DNA of 64,000 nt from contig OY970296.1 in the NCBI GenBank assembly GCA_963716175.1, forward strand, positions 1,856,001 to 1,920,000, read 5' to 3'. Below are positions 39,121 to 50,021 of this stretch, one piece after another (the stretch's first letter is position 1; each line of letters starts with the position of its first letter). The translations under genes and the position numbers were made by a program. The notes below the pieces were generated by a model. It was not told where the DNA came from. It did no database searches and saw only the letters and a program-made list of their open reading frames with translations. Source of the DNA: an uncultured Armatimonadetes bacterium. Its GTDB lineage: Bacteria > Armatimonadota > Hebobacteria > Hebobacterales > Hebobacteraceae.

Positions 39121-40605
39121 ATGAATGCGAATTACAAACAGCACCGTGCTATTCTGCAGAGCATCGCCCGCAGGGCAATGCTTGAAAGAGGGTTACTTCC
39201 TGACTTCTCCCCCGAAGCGCTCGCCGAACTTGGCAGGATTCAGGCGCCGGCAGCAATGAACGGTGAGCCAGCTCGCGATCTGCGGGACCTGCTGTGGGCT
39301 TCCATTGACAACGATGACTCCCGTGATCTAGATCAGCTTACCGTTGCCAAGGCCATGCCGGGAGATAAGGTCAAGATGCTGGTGGCCTTGGCGGACGTGG
39401 ACTCGCTCGTCGAGACGGGCTCAGCCATTGACGAACACGCTCGCCACAATACGACCTCGGTCTATACCGCGGCCGAGGTATTCCCCATGCTCCCTGAGAA
39501 GCTCTCCACCGATCTCACTTCCCTGAATTTCAATGAAGAGCGCCTATCCATCGTCGTTGAAATGGCGATTGGCGCGGACGGATCCCTTCAGGATTCCGAT
39601 ATCTACCGGGCGCGTGTCCGCAATCATGCGAAGCTCGCCTATAACAGCGTGGCGGCCTGGCTGGACGAGAGCGGCCCTATGCCTGAGGCGATCGCCGCCG
39701 CAAATGGACTTGGTGAGAATCTGCGCCTGCAGGACCGGGTAGCACAGCGCATGAAGAACCTTCGGCATGTCCACGGCGCGCTTGGTCTTGAGACTATTGA
39801 GGCGAGACCGATATTCGACGGCGATGAAATCCGTGATCTCGAAGTGGAGGAGAAGAACCGCGCCAAGGACATCATCGAGGATTTCATGATCGCGGCCAAC
39901 GGCGTGATCGCCCGGTATCTCACATCACGCAACCTTCCCTCAATCCGCCGGGTGGTCCGCACCCCAAGGCGATGGGAACGGATCGTCGAGATCGCCGAGG
40001 CACACGGGTTCAAGCTTCCTGATAACCCGGATTCCAAAGCGCTGGAGGCGTTTCTAACAAAGGAGAAAGCCGCCGACCCGCTTCGGTTCCCTGATCTATC
40101 CCTCTCTGTGATTAAACTCCTGGGAACTGGTGAATACATTGCAGAACTCCCAGGCGACCCGGCCCCAGGGCACTTCGGTCTCGCGGTCAGGGACTATACC
40201 CATTCCACAGCTCCCAATCGCCGGTATACAGATCTGATCACACAACGCTTACTGAAGGCCGCCATAGCGGGGAGGTCTTCGCCCTATAGCAAGGATGAAC
40301 TGGATACTCTGGCCGAGCATTGTACAGAAGAAGAGGATGCCGCTGACAAAGTCGAACGGCAGGTCGGAAAGTCCGCGGCTGCGCTTCTCCTGGAATCGAG
40401 AATCGGAGAACAGTTTGACACCCTGGTCACGGGCGCTTCTTCGAAGGGCACCTGGGTCCGGCTTCTCAAGATGCCTGTCGAGGGGAGGCTGGTGCATGGG
40501 TTCGAGGGCATCGATGTCGGCGACCGGATTCGCGTGCGGCTGATATCCGTAGATGTTGAGCGGGGATATATCGATTTTCGGAAGGTTGGCCGATCAGAAC
40601 ATTGA
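39121..40605 (+). CDS. RNB-domain ribonuclease (RNase II/R family)
   Basis: 'SIDNDDSRDLDQ', 'IEDFMIAAN' and 'YTHSTAPNRRYTDL', with a C-terminal S1 domain; visibly lower GC than the flanks. Confidence 0.9.
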   Translation: MNANYKQHRAILQSIARRAMLERGLLPDFSPEALAELGRIQAPAAMNGEPARDLRDLLWASIDNDDSRDLDQLTVAKAMPGDKVKMLVALADVDSLVETGSAIDEHARHNTTSVYTAAEVFPMLPEKLSTDLTSLNFNEERLSIVVEMAIGADGSLQDSDIYRARVRNHAKLAYNSVAAWLDESGPMPEAIAAANGLGENLRLQDRVAQRMKNLRHVHGALGLETIEARPIFDGDEIRDLEVEEKNRAKDIIEDFMIAANGVIARYLTSRNLPSIRRVVRTPRRWERIVEIAEAHGFKLPDNPDSKALEAFLTKEKAADPLRFPDLSLSVIKLLGTGEYIAELPGDPAPGHFGLAVRDYTHSTAPNRRYTDLITQRLLKAAIAGRSSPYSKDELDTLAEHCTEEEDAADKVERQVGKSAAALLLESRIGEQFDTLVTGASSKGTWVRLLKMPVEGRLVHGFEGIDVGDRIRVRLISVDVERGYIDFRKVGRSEH

Positions 40606-40825
40606 TGTTGTAGCTGGCCCGAGCACCCGCGCAACCGAGGAAAGACATGGCTGCAAGCCGGTAGGCGGGGATGCCGGTGTCAGCAAAGACAGCGCCGCGC
40701 CGCTAAACGGTCCCATGTGGCAGGTTCATCCTCGCGCCGGCGCGCAAGCTAAGGAACCGGTCATGGGGCGTCCCTTCGCCAATCGGCGCCGACGGGTCGT
40801 GCTACCAGGGGGGCAGCTCCGCCCA

Positions 40826-41401
40826 TTAGCCCTCTTCCCGCGGCACTCTGGCAGCTGGCCTGCGCCTCCGTGCTCGGTACGAATGCAGGAGTCTGGTCAT
40901 GAGCCGATGTGGATCGGAATCTGCGATCAGCGCGGCCCCCGTCCTCTTGGCGACGATCCGGACGATGTCGCCGACATGGTCGGCCACACCGCCGGTCCCC
41001 TCGAGGACGCCGATGAGCTTCCCTTCGTCATAGGCAATGCTGAATTCACCCAGCGTGCCGGAGTGTCCGCCGATCAGGATCACGACGTCACAGGAGCGGA
41101 TGCCGGTGACCTCACGTCCCATCAGACCGTCACCCGTGTAGATCAGGACGTCGAACTCCTGATAGGGCGAGCGGTACTTCGTGATGTGCTCCTGCAGGTT
41201 CAGCGCGGGCGAGATACCCACGATCATCCCACCCGACTGGCGGCAACCCCGGACCGCTTCATAGGGTAGGCCTGGACAGGCGCCTGTGACCAGAACGCAG
41301 TCATGTCCCGCGATTGCGCGCCCTAGCTCGTATGCCTTCTGGCGGGCGTGCCTCGGGATTCTACCGCCGGCCGATCCCATCACCCCTACCTGGATCTTCA
41401 A
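40826..41401 (-). CDS. LOG family (lysine decarboxylase-like Rossmann-fold) protein
   Basis: 'VGVMGSA', 'LVTGACPG', 'IVGISP' and 'GGHSGTLGE'. Confidence 0.8.
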   Translation of the reverse strand: MKIQVGVMGSAGGRIPRHARQKAYELGRAIAGHDCVLVTGACPGLPYEAVRGCRQSGGMIVGISPALNLQEHITKYRSPYQEFDVLIYTGDGLMGREVTGIRSCDVVILIGGHSGTLGEFSIAYDEGKLIGVLEGTGGVADHVGDIVRIVAKRTGAALIADSDPHRLMTRLLHSYRARRRRPAARVPREEG

Positions 41402-41612
41402 CCTCGCTTCCTCCTTTTCAGCCTGACTTCGCCCTCCGAGCGCAGCGCCCGACACATCATGAGGCCGGCGAATAGACATTATCTGTTCGGGCAGGAGGCC
41501 TCCGCACCTACCCGATGGTGGTACTCGCGCGCTGGTCACGTATGGCCCCGGGTGGGGATGTCGAGGCCCGCAGGATCGTTCGACGAGTCTGCCACCTCCT
41601 CCCCAACCAGAC

Positions 41613-44027
41613 CTAACGAGCCACCTCGCCAGCTCGGTACGGCCACTTCCAGTCGGTGATCTCCAGTTTGTCCACGCCCTCCTGATGGGCGTAATCGGTA
41701 TTCTCGATGATCTGGTTCTTCAGCCAGTCCTTGACATGCGCCCCCGCGACCTGAAGCGTGGGAACCCGGTCGATGACGTCAATCGCTAAGCTGAACCGGT
41801 CGATCTGGTTGCGCATCGCCAGGTCCAACGGGGTGTTGATATTCCCGTGTTCCTTGTAGCCGCGTACATGGAGGTTCCTGTGGTTGGTCCGGCGGTAGGC
41901 AAGCTTGTGGATCAGCCAGGGATAGCCGTGGAAGTTGAAGATGATCGGCTTGTCGAGGGTGAACAGGCTGTCGAAGTCTTTGTCTGACAGGCCATGTGGG
42001 TGTTCGGTCTCAGGTTGCAGGGCGAACAGGTCGACCACGTTGACGAAGCGGAGCTTCAGCTCCGGGAAATGCTCGCGCAGCAGGGCCGCCGCCGCCAGGG
42101 CTTCGGTAGTGGGGACATCGCCCGCACAGGCGAGGACGACGTCGGGCTCGCCTCCTTCGTCGGTGCTCGCCCAGTCCCAGATCCCGATGCCCTTGGAGCA
42201 GTGCTGGATGGCTTCCTCCATGGTTAGGTATTGGAGGTGAGGCTGCTTGTCCGACACAATGACGTTCGCATAGCCCGTGCTGCGCAGACAGTGGTCCATC
42301 ACCGACAGCAGGCAGTTGGCATCAGGCGGCAGGTAGATGCGCACGACCTTCGCGCTCTTGTTGGTGACCACATCCAGGAAGCCGGGATCCTGGTGGCTGA
42401 AGCCGTTGTGGTCCTGACGCCAGACGGTGGATGTTACCAGGAGATTCAGGGAGGACACAGGGGCCCGCCATGGGACGTCCTGGCACTTCTCCAGCCACTT
42501 CGCGTGCTGATTGAACATGGAGTCTATCACGTGGATGAAGGCCTCATAGGAGGCGAAGAGGCCATGGCGTCCAGTCAGCAGGTATCCCTCCAGCCAGCCC
42601 TCCAGGGTGTGCTCGCTGAGCATCTCCATCACCCGGCCGTCAGGCGACAACTCGCTGCCATCCGCGTCCTCGGGTATGATCTCCGCCATCCAGGCCTTCT
42701 TGGTGGCGTCGTAGATGGCGGTGAGGCGATTGGAGGCGGTCTCGTCCGGGCCAAAGACCCGGAAGCTCGTCATGTTGTTCCGCATCACATCGCGCAGGAA
42801 GACGCTCAGCACCTGGGTGTTCTCGGCCATGGTGGCGCCCGGCACAGTCACCGCGGCGGCGTAGGCGCGGAAGTCGGGCAGGCGCAGCGGCTTGCGCACC
42901 GCACCGCCATTGGCAAGGGGGTTGGCGCTCATCCGACGGGGGCCGACGGGCGCCAACTCCTTCAGCTCGGGGACCAGCCGGCCGCTCTCATCGAACAGCT
43001 CCTCGGGCTTGTAGCTCCGCATCCACTCTTCGAGCAACTTCAGGTGCGCCGGGCTGTCCTGAACCTGGAGAGGTACCTGGTGGGAGCGCCAGAAGCCCTC
43101 CACTTTGTGGCCGTCCACTTCCTTGGGGCCCGTCCAACCCTTGGGGGTGCGGAGCACGATCATCGGCCACTGGGGACACGCAGCGACCCCCTTGGTTCGG
43201 GCGTCCTGCTGGACGTGCTTGATCTCGGCGCATACGGCCTCCAGTGTCTGCGCCATGAGCTGGTGCATGGTTCCGGGATCGGAGCCTTCGACCCAATGGG
43301 GCCGGTACCCGTAGCCCACGAGCAAGCTCTCCAGCTGCTCGTGGCTGATCCGTGCCAGTACCGTCGGATTGGCGATCTTATAGCCGTTCAGATGCAGGAC
43401 AGGAAGCACAGCCCCATCCCGGATGGGGCTGAGGAACTTGTTGGAGTGCCACGCCGTTGCCAGGGGCCCAGTCTCGGCCTCACCGTCGCCTATCATGACG
43501 GCAGCGATCAGATCAGGGTTATCGAAGGCCGCGCCATAGGCATGCGAGAGGCTGTAGCCCAACTCTCCTCCCTCGTGAATGGAGCCCGGCGTCTCCGGAG
43601 TGCAATGGCTGCCGATGCCGCCTGGGAACGAGAATTGCTGGAAGAACCTCCGCATTCCCTCCGCGTCCTCGCTCTTGTCCGGGTAGACCTCCGAGTAGGT
43701 CCCCTCCAGATACGCGTTGGCGAGGACGGCGGGAGCGCCGTGGCCCGGGCCCGAGAGGTAGATCATGTTCAGGTCGTGCTTCCTGATCAGCCGGTTCAGG
43801 TGCACCCACGTCAGAGTCTGGCCGGGGTCCGTTCCCCAGTGACCCAGGAGGCGCTTCTTGATGTGCTCGATCCTCAGGGGCTCTCTCAGGAGCGGGTTCT
43901 CCTGGAGATAGATCATGCCGACGCACAGGTAGAGGCTCGCGCGCCAGTAGGCGTCGATCTTCCGTAGCTCCTCCGCGCTCAAGGGTCCCTTCGGGGCTCT
44001 GGCCCTGGCGGTTGGCGATCCGGCCAT
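41613..44027 (-). CDS. xfp: Phosphoketolase (xylulose-5-P/fructose-6-P)
   Basis: 'LLGHWGT', 'GPGHGAPA', 'HEGGELGY', '[11 protein letters not shown]' and '[14 protein letters not shown]'. Confidence 0.97.
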   Translation of the reverse strand: MAGSPTARARAPKGPLSAEELRKIDAYWRASLYLCVGMIYLQENPLLREPLRIEHIKKRLLGHWGTDPGQTLTWVHLNRLIRKHDLNMIYLSGPGHGAPAVLANAYLEGTYSEVYPDKSEDAEGMRRFFQQFSFPGGIGSHCTPETPGSIHEGGELGYSLSHAYGAAFDNPDLIAAVMIGDGEAETGPLATAWHSNKFLSPIRDGAVLPVLHLNGYKIANPTVLARISHEQLESLLVGYGYRPHWVEGSDPGTMHQLMAQTLEAVCAEIKHVQQDARTKGVAACPQWPMIVLRTPKGWTGPKEVDGHKVEGFWRSHQVPLQVQDSPAHLKLLEEWMRSYKPEELFDESGRLVPELKELAPVGPRRMSANPLANGGAVRKPLRLPDFRAYAAAVTVPGATMAENTQVLSVFLRDVMRNNMTSFRVFGPDETASNRLTAIYDATKKAWMAEIIPEDADGSELSPDGRVMEMLSEHTLEGWLEGYLLTGRHGLFASYEAFIHVIDSMFNQHAKWLEKCQDVPWRAPVSSLNLLVTSTVWRQDHNGFSHQDPGFLDVVTNKSAKVVRIYLPPDANCLLSVMDHCLRSTGYANVIVSDKQPHLQYLTMEEAIQHCSKGIGIWDWASTDEGGEPDVVLACAGDVPTTEALAAAALLREHFPELKLRFVNVVDLFALQPETEHPHGLSDKDFDSLFTLDKPIIFNFHGYPWLIHKLAYRRTNHRNLHVRGYKEHGNINTPLDLAMRNQIDRFSLAIDVIDRVPTLQVAGAHVKDWLKNQIIENTDYAHQEGVDKLEITDWKWPYRAGEVAR

Positions 44028-45229
44028 CACGGCCTCCTCAGCTCGCGGACTATCCGGTAGGTGTGCCGCGCGATCATCAGTTCCTCATCCGTCTTCATGA
44101 CACGGGCGGAGACTGGGCTGTCATCGCGGGATATGACGGGCGCGCTCGCGTCGTTGCGGTCCGGGTCCAGACGGAGGCCCAGGAATCCCACCTTCTCACA
44201 GATACGCCGGCGAATCGCCGCCGCGTTCTCCCCGATGCCACCCGTGAAGACCAGCGTATCTATGCCGCCCAGCACCGCCGCCAGCGCCCCCAGGAACTTC
44301 GTCGCCTGGTAGCAGAAGAGCCCGACGGCCAGCGCCGCGCGGGCGTCGGTCGCCTCTCTCTCCAGGAGATCTCTCATGTCAGAGGTCCGGCCGGACAGGC
44401 CCAAGAGGCCGGAGCGGTGGTTGAGCAGGTCGCGCACCTCCGCGGGGCTGAGACCTTTCTCTTCGATCAAGTAGAGGACAACGGAGGGGTCGAGGTCGCC
44501 CGAGCGAGTGCTCATCACCAGCCCGCCGGTGGGAGTGAACCCCATGGTCGTGTCCACGCTCCGGCCCTCGCGCAGCGCGACCATACTGGCGCCGTTGCCC
44601 AGATGTGCGATGACGACGCGACCGTCCGCGACTGCGTTGCCGGCCCGGGCCCGCAGCTCGCCCAGGAGATACTCGCATGAGAGGCCGTGGAAACCATAGC
44701 GGATGATCCCCTCGGACTCCGGCCCCTGGGGCAGCGCGTACACCTGCGCGAGCTCCGGCATCTGTCGGTGGAAGGCGGTGTCGAAGCAGGCCACCTGCTG
44801 CGACGCGGGGTAGTGCCTCTCCACAGCCTCGATCGCCTTGATCTCATGCGGGAGGTGATCGGGCGCGAGCGGGATCAGCTCTCTCAGGGTGGCCACCAAC
44901 TCCGGCGTGATTCGTTCCGGCTGGCTGTGCTTCGCCCCCCCATGCACCACTCGGTGGCCCACTGCGTCCACGCCGTGACCGCCCTCGTGGCTGCCCAGCC
45001 ATCCGAGAAGCTCTTGCAGCGCGGCATCGTGACTCGGCAGCGGCAGCTGCTGCTCGGTCAGGATCTGGCCCGCGTCATCCCTGACGTGGAACAGGCCGTG
45101 GTCCACGCCGATCCGTTCCATCACCCCATGCAGCTGAAGCTGCTCTGACCCGGTCATGTGGTAGAGAGCGAACTTCACACTGGAGGAGCCGCTGTTGATG
45201 GTCAGTGTCCGCGATCCGGGTGCGCCGAT
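44027..45229 (-). CDS. ackA: Acetate/propionate kinase (apparent ATC start)
   Basis: '[11 protein letters not shown]' lies upstream of the ORF-track start. Also 'HRVVHGG', 'FDTAFH', 'RYGFHGLS' and 'FTGGIGEN'. GGAGGA is 5 nt before ATC 45229. Confidence 0.92.
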   Translation of the reverse strand: MGAPGSRTLTINSGSSSVKFALYHMTGSEQLQLHGVMERIGVDHGLFHVRDDAGQILTEQQLPLPSHDAALQELLGWLGSHEGGHGVDAVGHRVVHGGAKHSQPERITPELVATLRELIPLAPDHLPHEIKAIEAVERHYPASQQVACFDTAFHRQMPELAQVYALPQGPESEGIIRYGFHGLSCEYLLGELRARAGNAVADGRVVIAHLGNGASMVALREGRSVDTTMGFTPTGGLVMSTRSGDLDPSVVLYLIEEKGLSPAEVRDLLNHRSGLLGLSGRTSDMRDLLEREATDARAALAVGLFCYQATKFLGALAAVLGGIDTLVFTGGIGENAAAIRRRICEKVGFLGLRLDPDRNDASAPVISRDDSPVSARVMKTDEELMIARHTYRIVRELRRP

Positions 45230-45385
45230 GGTGATCCTCCCCGTCAGCCGAAAGGACGTGGCCCGGGCCAGTCGAGGCCGGACCGCATGCGTGCGCTCTG
45301 GCGCCCTACTCAGTTGCCCGGGTGCTGTGATAGCCCTGTCGCGCCCAGGGCCCAGACCTCGAGCGATACCTAACCGGCAGGCCGA

Positions 45386-47917
45386 TCAGCCCAGGCCATG
45401 TCGGCGGTAGAACCAGGCCTTTACCCACTGCACCAAGACCAGGTAGGTGGTCGTCAGCACGATCAGGGCTGCCAGCAGAGGCCCCGGAAGCGGGCTGAAC
45501 CCCAGCCACGGGCCCAGTGGCGTGTAGGGCCATATCACAGCGACCAGGACGATGGCCGTGACGCCCATGAGCATCGTTCTGCTCGGCCGGCTGCGGAACG
45601 GATTCCCCGCGGTGCGGATGACGAAGACCACCAGCGTCTGGGTAGCGAGCGATTCCACGAACCAGCCGGTGTGGAAGAGCCGCTCGTTCGCATGGAACCC
45701 CCAGAGCAGCACCCCAAAAGTGAGGAAGTCATAGATCGAGCTGATGGGGCCCATCACCACCATGAACTGGCGGATGAAGTCCACCCGCCAGCGGCGGGGG
45801 TGGCGCAGCAGCTCCGGGTCCACGTTGTCCGTGGGGATGCTGAGTTGCGAGGTGTCGTAGAGCAGGTTGTTGAGCAAGATCTGGGTCGGCAGCATCGGCA
45901 GGAACGGCAAGAAGAGCGAGGCGGCCGCCATGCTGAACATGTTGCCGAAGTTCGAGCTGGTGCCCATGATAATGTACTTGAGAATGTTGGCGAAGCTGCG
46001 GCGCCCCTCCACCACTCCGTCGTGAAGCACGCGGAGATCCTTCTCCAGGAGGATAATGTTGGCCGCGTCCTTCGCCACCTCTACGGCGTTCATCACCGAG
46101 ATCCCGACATCGGCGGCGTGCAGTGACGGCGCGTCGTTGATTCCATCGCCGATGAACCCTACCACTCTCCCCTGCGCTCTGAGGGCGGTCATCACCCGGT
46201 TCTTCTGCTCCGGCGAGACCCGGGCGAAGATGGCCCCGTGCTCCGCCTGGAAGGCGAGGGCGGCATCGTCCAGACCGTCGACCTCAGGCCCGACCAGGAC
46301 GCGCTCGGTCGGCAGGCCGACGTCGCGGGCGATCTTGCGCGTCACGTATTCGTTATCACCGGTCATCACGACAACCGCGATGCCGTCCTCATGGAGTGCC
46401 TGGAGGGTGGCCTGCACGTCCTCCTTGGGCGGGTCGAGGAAGGCGCCGAACCCGACCAGCACCATCTCCCGCTCTTCACCTCGGACGTAGGCCGGCTGCT
46501 TCGCCACCGACCTGATGGCGACTCCGAGCACGCGGTAGCCCTCGGCCCCCAGGACCTGGTAGACGGCCTCCGCCGTCTCCCGGCGCGCCGCGTCGAAGGG
46601 CTGCTCGGTGCCGTCGATGCTCACCGACGTGCAGACATCGAACACGTCTTCGGCGGCGCCTTTCGTGATCAGGAGGCACTCATCACGCCGCGCGACGACC
46701 ACCGAAAGGCGCCGCCGGCCGAAGTCAAAGGGTATCTCGTCGAGCTTGCTATACTGGTCGATCGCGGGATGCGAATGCTTGAGAATCGCGTCGTCCAGGG
46801 GGCTCTTGATACCGGCCTCGAAGAAGCTGTTCAGGTACAGCAGCTGCATTACCCGGTCGTCGTCATACCCCTGGGCGTCCAGGTGCCGGTCGAGCACGAT
46901 CTCGCCTTCGGTGAGGGTGCCGGTCTTGTCGCTGCAGAGGATCTCGATGCTCCCGAAATTCTCGATGGAGGCGAGCTGCTTGACGATCACCTTCTTGCGC
47001 GCCATGGTGCGCGCGCCCTGGGCCAGCGTCGCGGAGATGACTACCGGCAGCAGCTCAGGCGTTAGCCCCACCGCCAGGGCGATGGAGAAGAGCAGCGACT
47101 CCAGCAGCGGACGGTGGAACCAGACGTTCACCGCGAAGACGAAGACGACCAGGAAGATGATGACGCGCGTGACCATCAGGCCGAACCGATGGATGCCGCG
47201 GTCGAACTCGGTCTCGGGTGGCCGCTGCGAAAGCCTGGCCGCGATGGCCCCAAACGCGGTGGTTGCGCCCGTGTGGACCACCACGGCCGTCGCCAGGCCG
47301 GTCTGGACGGTGGTGCCCAGGAAGACGCTGTTGGTGGCCTGGGACATGCCCACGTGGTCGCCGGCGAGATCCGCCACCTCCTTTTCGACCGGCAGCGATT
47401 CCCCCGTGAGCGCGGACTCGCGCACCTGCAGGTCCTTCTCTTCGAGCAGGCGCGCATCCGCGGGCACCAGATCACCTGCATTGAGCCTAATGGTATCCCC
47501 GGGAACCAGATCGGCGATGGGAAGCTCCTGTTCCCGGCCCTCGCGAACCACACTCGCCTTAGAGGCCACCTGGCTCCGCAGCTCTGCCACCGCGCGCCGC
47601 GCCTGGAAGGATTGGTAGAAGTTCACAAGCACGCTGAGCAGGACAATCGCGATGATGATCCCGGCGCTGACGCGTTCACCGGTGACCGCGGAGACGATGG
47701 CGGCGCCCAAGAGGATCAGGACGAGGGGGTTCAGGAAGAGACGCAGGATCTCGGCAACCGGCGCGAACCGCGACTCCCGGGCGAGACTGTTGGGGCCGAA
47801 CTGGCGCAGCCTGTTCTCGGCCTCAGCCGCTGCCAAGCCTTGCGGCGTGGCCCCAAGCTGCACCAGCAGTTGGTCCAGCGGGATCTCCCAGAACCCGCGC
47901 CCTTCTCCGACGGCCAT
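45386..47917 (-). CDS. mgtA: Magnesium-translocating P-type ATPase
   Basis: 'LTGES', 'AVGLTPELLP', 'CSDKTGTLT', 'GDGINDAP', 'SSNFGNMFS' and 'FHTGWFVESL'. Confidence 0.93.
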   Translation of the reverse strand: MAVGEGRGFWEIPLDQLLVQLGATPQGLAAAEAENRLRQFGPNSLARESRFAPVAEILRLFLNPLVLILLGAAIVSAVTGERVSAGIIIAIVLLSVLVNFYQSFQARRAVAELRSQVASKASVVREGREQELPIADLVPGDTIRLNAGDLVPADARLLEEKDLQVRESALTGESLPVEKEVADLAGDHVGMSQATNSVFLGTTVQTGLATAVVVHTGATTAFGAIAARLSQRPPETEFDRGIHRFGLMVTRVIIFLVVFVFAVNVWFHRPLLESLLFSIALAVGLTPELLPVVISATLAQGARTMARKKVIVKQLASIENFGSIEILCSDKTGTLTEGEIVLDRHLDAQGYDDDRVMQLLYLNSFFEAGIKSPLDDAILKHSHPAIDQYSKLDEIPFDFGRRRLSVVVARRDECLLITKGAAEDVFDVCTSVSIDGTEQPFDAARRETAEAVYQVLGAEGYRVLGVAIRSVAKQPAYVRGEEREMVLVGFGAFLDPPKEDVQATLQALHEDGIAVVVMTGDNEYVTRKIARDVGLPTERVLVGPEVDGLDDAALAFQAEHGAIFARVSPEQKNRVMTALRAQGRVVGFIGDGINDAPSLHAADVGISVMNAVEVAKDAANIILLEKDLRVLHDGVVEGRRSFANILKYIIMGTSSNFGNMFSMAAASLFLPFLPMLPTQILLNNLLYDTSQLSIPTDNVDPELLRHPRRWRVDFIRQFMVVMGPISSIYDFLTFGVLLWGFHANERLFHTGWFVESLATQTLVVFVIRTAGNPFRSRPSRTMLMGVTAIVLVAVIWPYTPLGPWLGFSPLPGPLLAALIVLTTTYLVLVQWVKAWFYRRHGLG

Positions 47918-48084
47918 CTCGTAGCTCCCTCGTGCGCCAGGTCGACTCTTGAGCGAGCAGCAGCTTCGGGCTTGGTTCGTCACGTCACCCCATCATCCTG
48001 TGCCGCCTGGCGCACTCGCTCCGGGGCGTGCTTTTCTTCACCAGGAACTGGTCGTATCATGAGTCATGCCAGACCGGGCTGCTG

Positions 48085-48161
48085 TGTGCGTGTTAAGTCG
48101 GCTTGGGACACCGGTCGGGCGACGCTGATGGTGTCCTGCGCCTGACGGGTGATGGCAAGAC
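48085..48161 (+). repeat. About 77-bp dispersed repeat, copy 1
   Basis: TGTGCGTGTTAAG..CTTGGGACA..GGGCGACGC..TGATGGCAAGAC also at 54705-54780. Confidence 0.75.
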
Positions 48162-48225
48162 GGTAGGCGTGGCCGCGGCGATGGGACTGAAGTGGGCGGT
48201 TCGGGCTTGCCCGCGGGACGGGAGA

Positions 48226-48383
48226 CGGCTCAATTCCCACACGGACTAGGCAGTGGGAATCGAAACCCCCAACCTCGTCCGATGGCGGAGAGTGTTCGAT
48301 GGTGAGTGTAGTTTCCTCCACCTCCTGTAAACCAGAAGCCAAGTCTCGTCTACAGCTGCAGAGAGTGTCTGATCCCAGGTCAG
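48226..48383 (+). repeat. Junction J3 (core CCTCCACC 48315-48322)
   Basis: T-arm mimic TCAATTCCCAC; left arm ..GGAGAGTGTTCG..GTTT; right arm identical to J4b. Confidence 0.88.
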
Positions 48384-48478
48384 TCTCCCCCCGCCATGGT
48401 CCCGTTCCGGCAGGACCGCCGCCCACCCCGCCGAAGCATCCCGTGTGGTCGCCCCAGGCACCCCCGACTCCGGCTACC

Positions 48479-49771
48479 TGTGCGGACCGGTTACATGGGT
48501 AACGGATGTGCCGAGTACATAGGTAACACTTCTACTCCGCCTTCGGGCACTCCCCTAGTGTCAGGCGTTTGATCACCTGATGGCAGAAGAGCACCTCCAC
48601 CAGGCCGTCGATATCAGTGGCGCGCACGGCCACCGGCTGACCGCGGAAGGCCTTGGAAACGGGCAGCAGACGCCCCCCGAAGTGCACCTCGCCCCCACGC
48701 TGCACCTTGCGCACCGGCAGCCCCGGCGGGTACTGGATCGGCTCCAGCTGCGCGGGGTAGGCGCGCAGGCTGGGCTGGTAGCGACTTGCCGGCACCTCCA
48801 GCGCGAGCGCCTCGTGAGGGCGCAGGAAGTTATATTGCTCCCGCCACGGATCCAGGTGCGCCTGCAGGTGCTCCCCGTCTCGCCACTGGTGCCGCGCCAG
48901 CAGCTCTCGCTGCAAGCTGCCATGGAAGCGTTCATCCTTGCCCACGGTCTGGGGATGGTAGGGCCGAGAGTGAGTCACGTATATCCCCAGCCGCATCAGC
49001 CACACCGCCAGCGCCCCATATGCGTCCGCGGCCAGATCTCCCCAGGGACCTCCATTGTCCGACAGCATCGCCTCCGGCACCCCATAGTGCCGGAAAGCGG
49101 CCACTAGCGCCGCCTGCACGGAGCACCCGTCCTGCTTGGGCAGCGCCTGCAGAGAGAGGGCAAAGCGAGAATGATCGTCCAGCACGCTCAGCACGTGCTG
49201 GGGACCCGTCTGCGTCGCTACCGGCGCCTTGAAGTCCATCTGCCAGAGGTCGTTGGGCAGTGGGCGCTCGAAACGCACCCAGGGGCGCTGACCCGCAGGC
49301 GAGTCCGCACCGATGAGCGCGTGCCGATGCAGGGTCGCGGTAATGGAGCTGGTGGCTGGCACGGGGTGGAGGCCCTGGTTGCGGAGCAGCCGGCGAAGCT
49401 TGCGGGCTCCCCAGCACGGGTGCGCCTGGCGGAGCGCCACGATTGCCTGCTGGGTGGCTGCCGGCAGTTGCGGGCGCCTCCGGTGGGGCCGGCGGGAGTG
49501 ATCCCGCAAGCCCACTTCCCCGGCCTCAGCAAAGCGATAACACCATTTGTAGCCGATCCTGGGGCTGATGCCGAAGCGGCGGCACAGATCCCGAAACGGC
49601 ACCCTCCCCTGCTGGGCGAACATCACAAACTCCCGTCGCTGCTGCTCCACGGTAACTGGCTCCCAGGGCATGGCCCCTCTCCTCTAGGAAGAGATGCATG
49701 CCTCTATAGTAACCGCTTGCCCGTTACCTATGTATCCGGTACGAGTGTTACCTATCTATCCAGTCTGTACA
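48479..49771 (-). mobile_element. IS481-family element (1293 bp) with 5-bp TSD CTACC
   Basis: TGT...ACA ends, 25-bp imperfect IRs (19/25 by eye), TSD at 48474-48478 and 49772-49776; empty site visible at 61489-61493. Confidence 0.95.
48532..49671 (-). CDS. IS481 family transposase
   Basis: 'MPWEPVTV', an HTH, 'LWQMDFK', 'LSDNG' and 'HPQTVGKDERFH' (DDE). Confidence 0.95.
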   Translation of the reverse strand: MPWEPVTVEQQRREFVMFAQQGRVPFRDLCRRFGISPRIGYKWCYRFAEAGEVGLRDHSRRPHRRRPQLPAATQQAIVALRQAHPCWGARKLRRLLRNQGLHPVPATSSITATLHRHALIGADSPAGQRPWVRFERPLPNDLWQMDFKAPVATQTGPQHVLSVLDDHSRFALSLQALPKQDGCSVQAALVAAFRHYGVPEAMLSDNGGPWGDLAADAYGALAVWLMRLGIYVTHSRPYHPQTVGKDERFHGSLQRELLARHQWRDGEHLQAHLDPWREQYNFLRPHEALALEVPASRYQPSLRAYPAQLEPIQYPPGLPVRKVQRGGEVHFGGRLLPVSKAFRGQPVAVRATDIDGLVEVLFCHQVIKRLTLGECPKAE

Positions 49772-49995
49772 CTACCCCCTCGGCTGGGAGTCACTACCCG
49801 GGGCTCCGTCGCGGACAGGGACATCAGCCGCGCCACGGGGCGATCTCGGAGAGACCCGCCCAGTCGGATCCTCTGTCGCTGCTCTTCTGCATCCTCTATG
49901 CCTCCCAGTACAGGGGTATGCACGAAGGGAGAGAAGAGCACGAGACGGGCAGTAGCGGCGGCCTGGGCGCCAGATGAGTTTCTGGACAGCAGGGG
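49772..49995. repeat. Hairpin repeat (right half) + E motif + inverted TIR
   Basis: CCCTCGGCTGGGAGTCA; ATCCTC..GCCTCCC..ACAGGGGTATGCACGAAGGGAGAGAA (49891-49942); GATGAGTTTCTGGACAGCAGGGG (49973-49995). Confidence 0.75.
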
Positions 49996-50021
49996 CCCAC
50001 GTGTCGGCCCAGGGGAATACC

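Noticed and set aside
47918-48080. Mg2+ riboswitch or leader peptide upstream of mgtA
   Set aside because: No M-box or mgtL-like features that I can support from the sequence.
48595-48602. Extra CCTCCACC matches inside genes (also near 46006 and 57515)
   Set aside because: They lie within coding sequence and lack arm motifs; such matches are expected by chance at this GC content.
38883-49995. An 11-kb composite transposon bounded by facing TIRs
   Set aside because: No target duplication on the outer flanks, and junction J3 lies inside the span.
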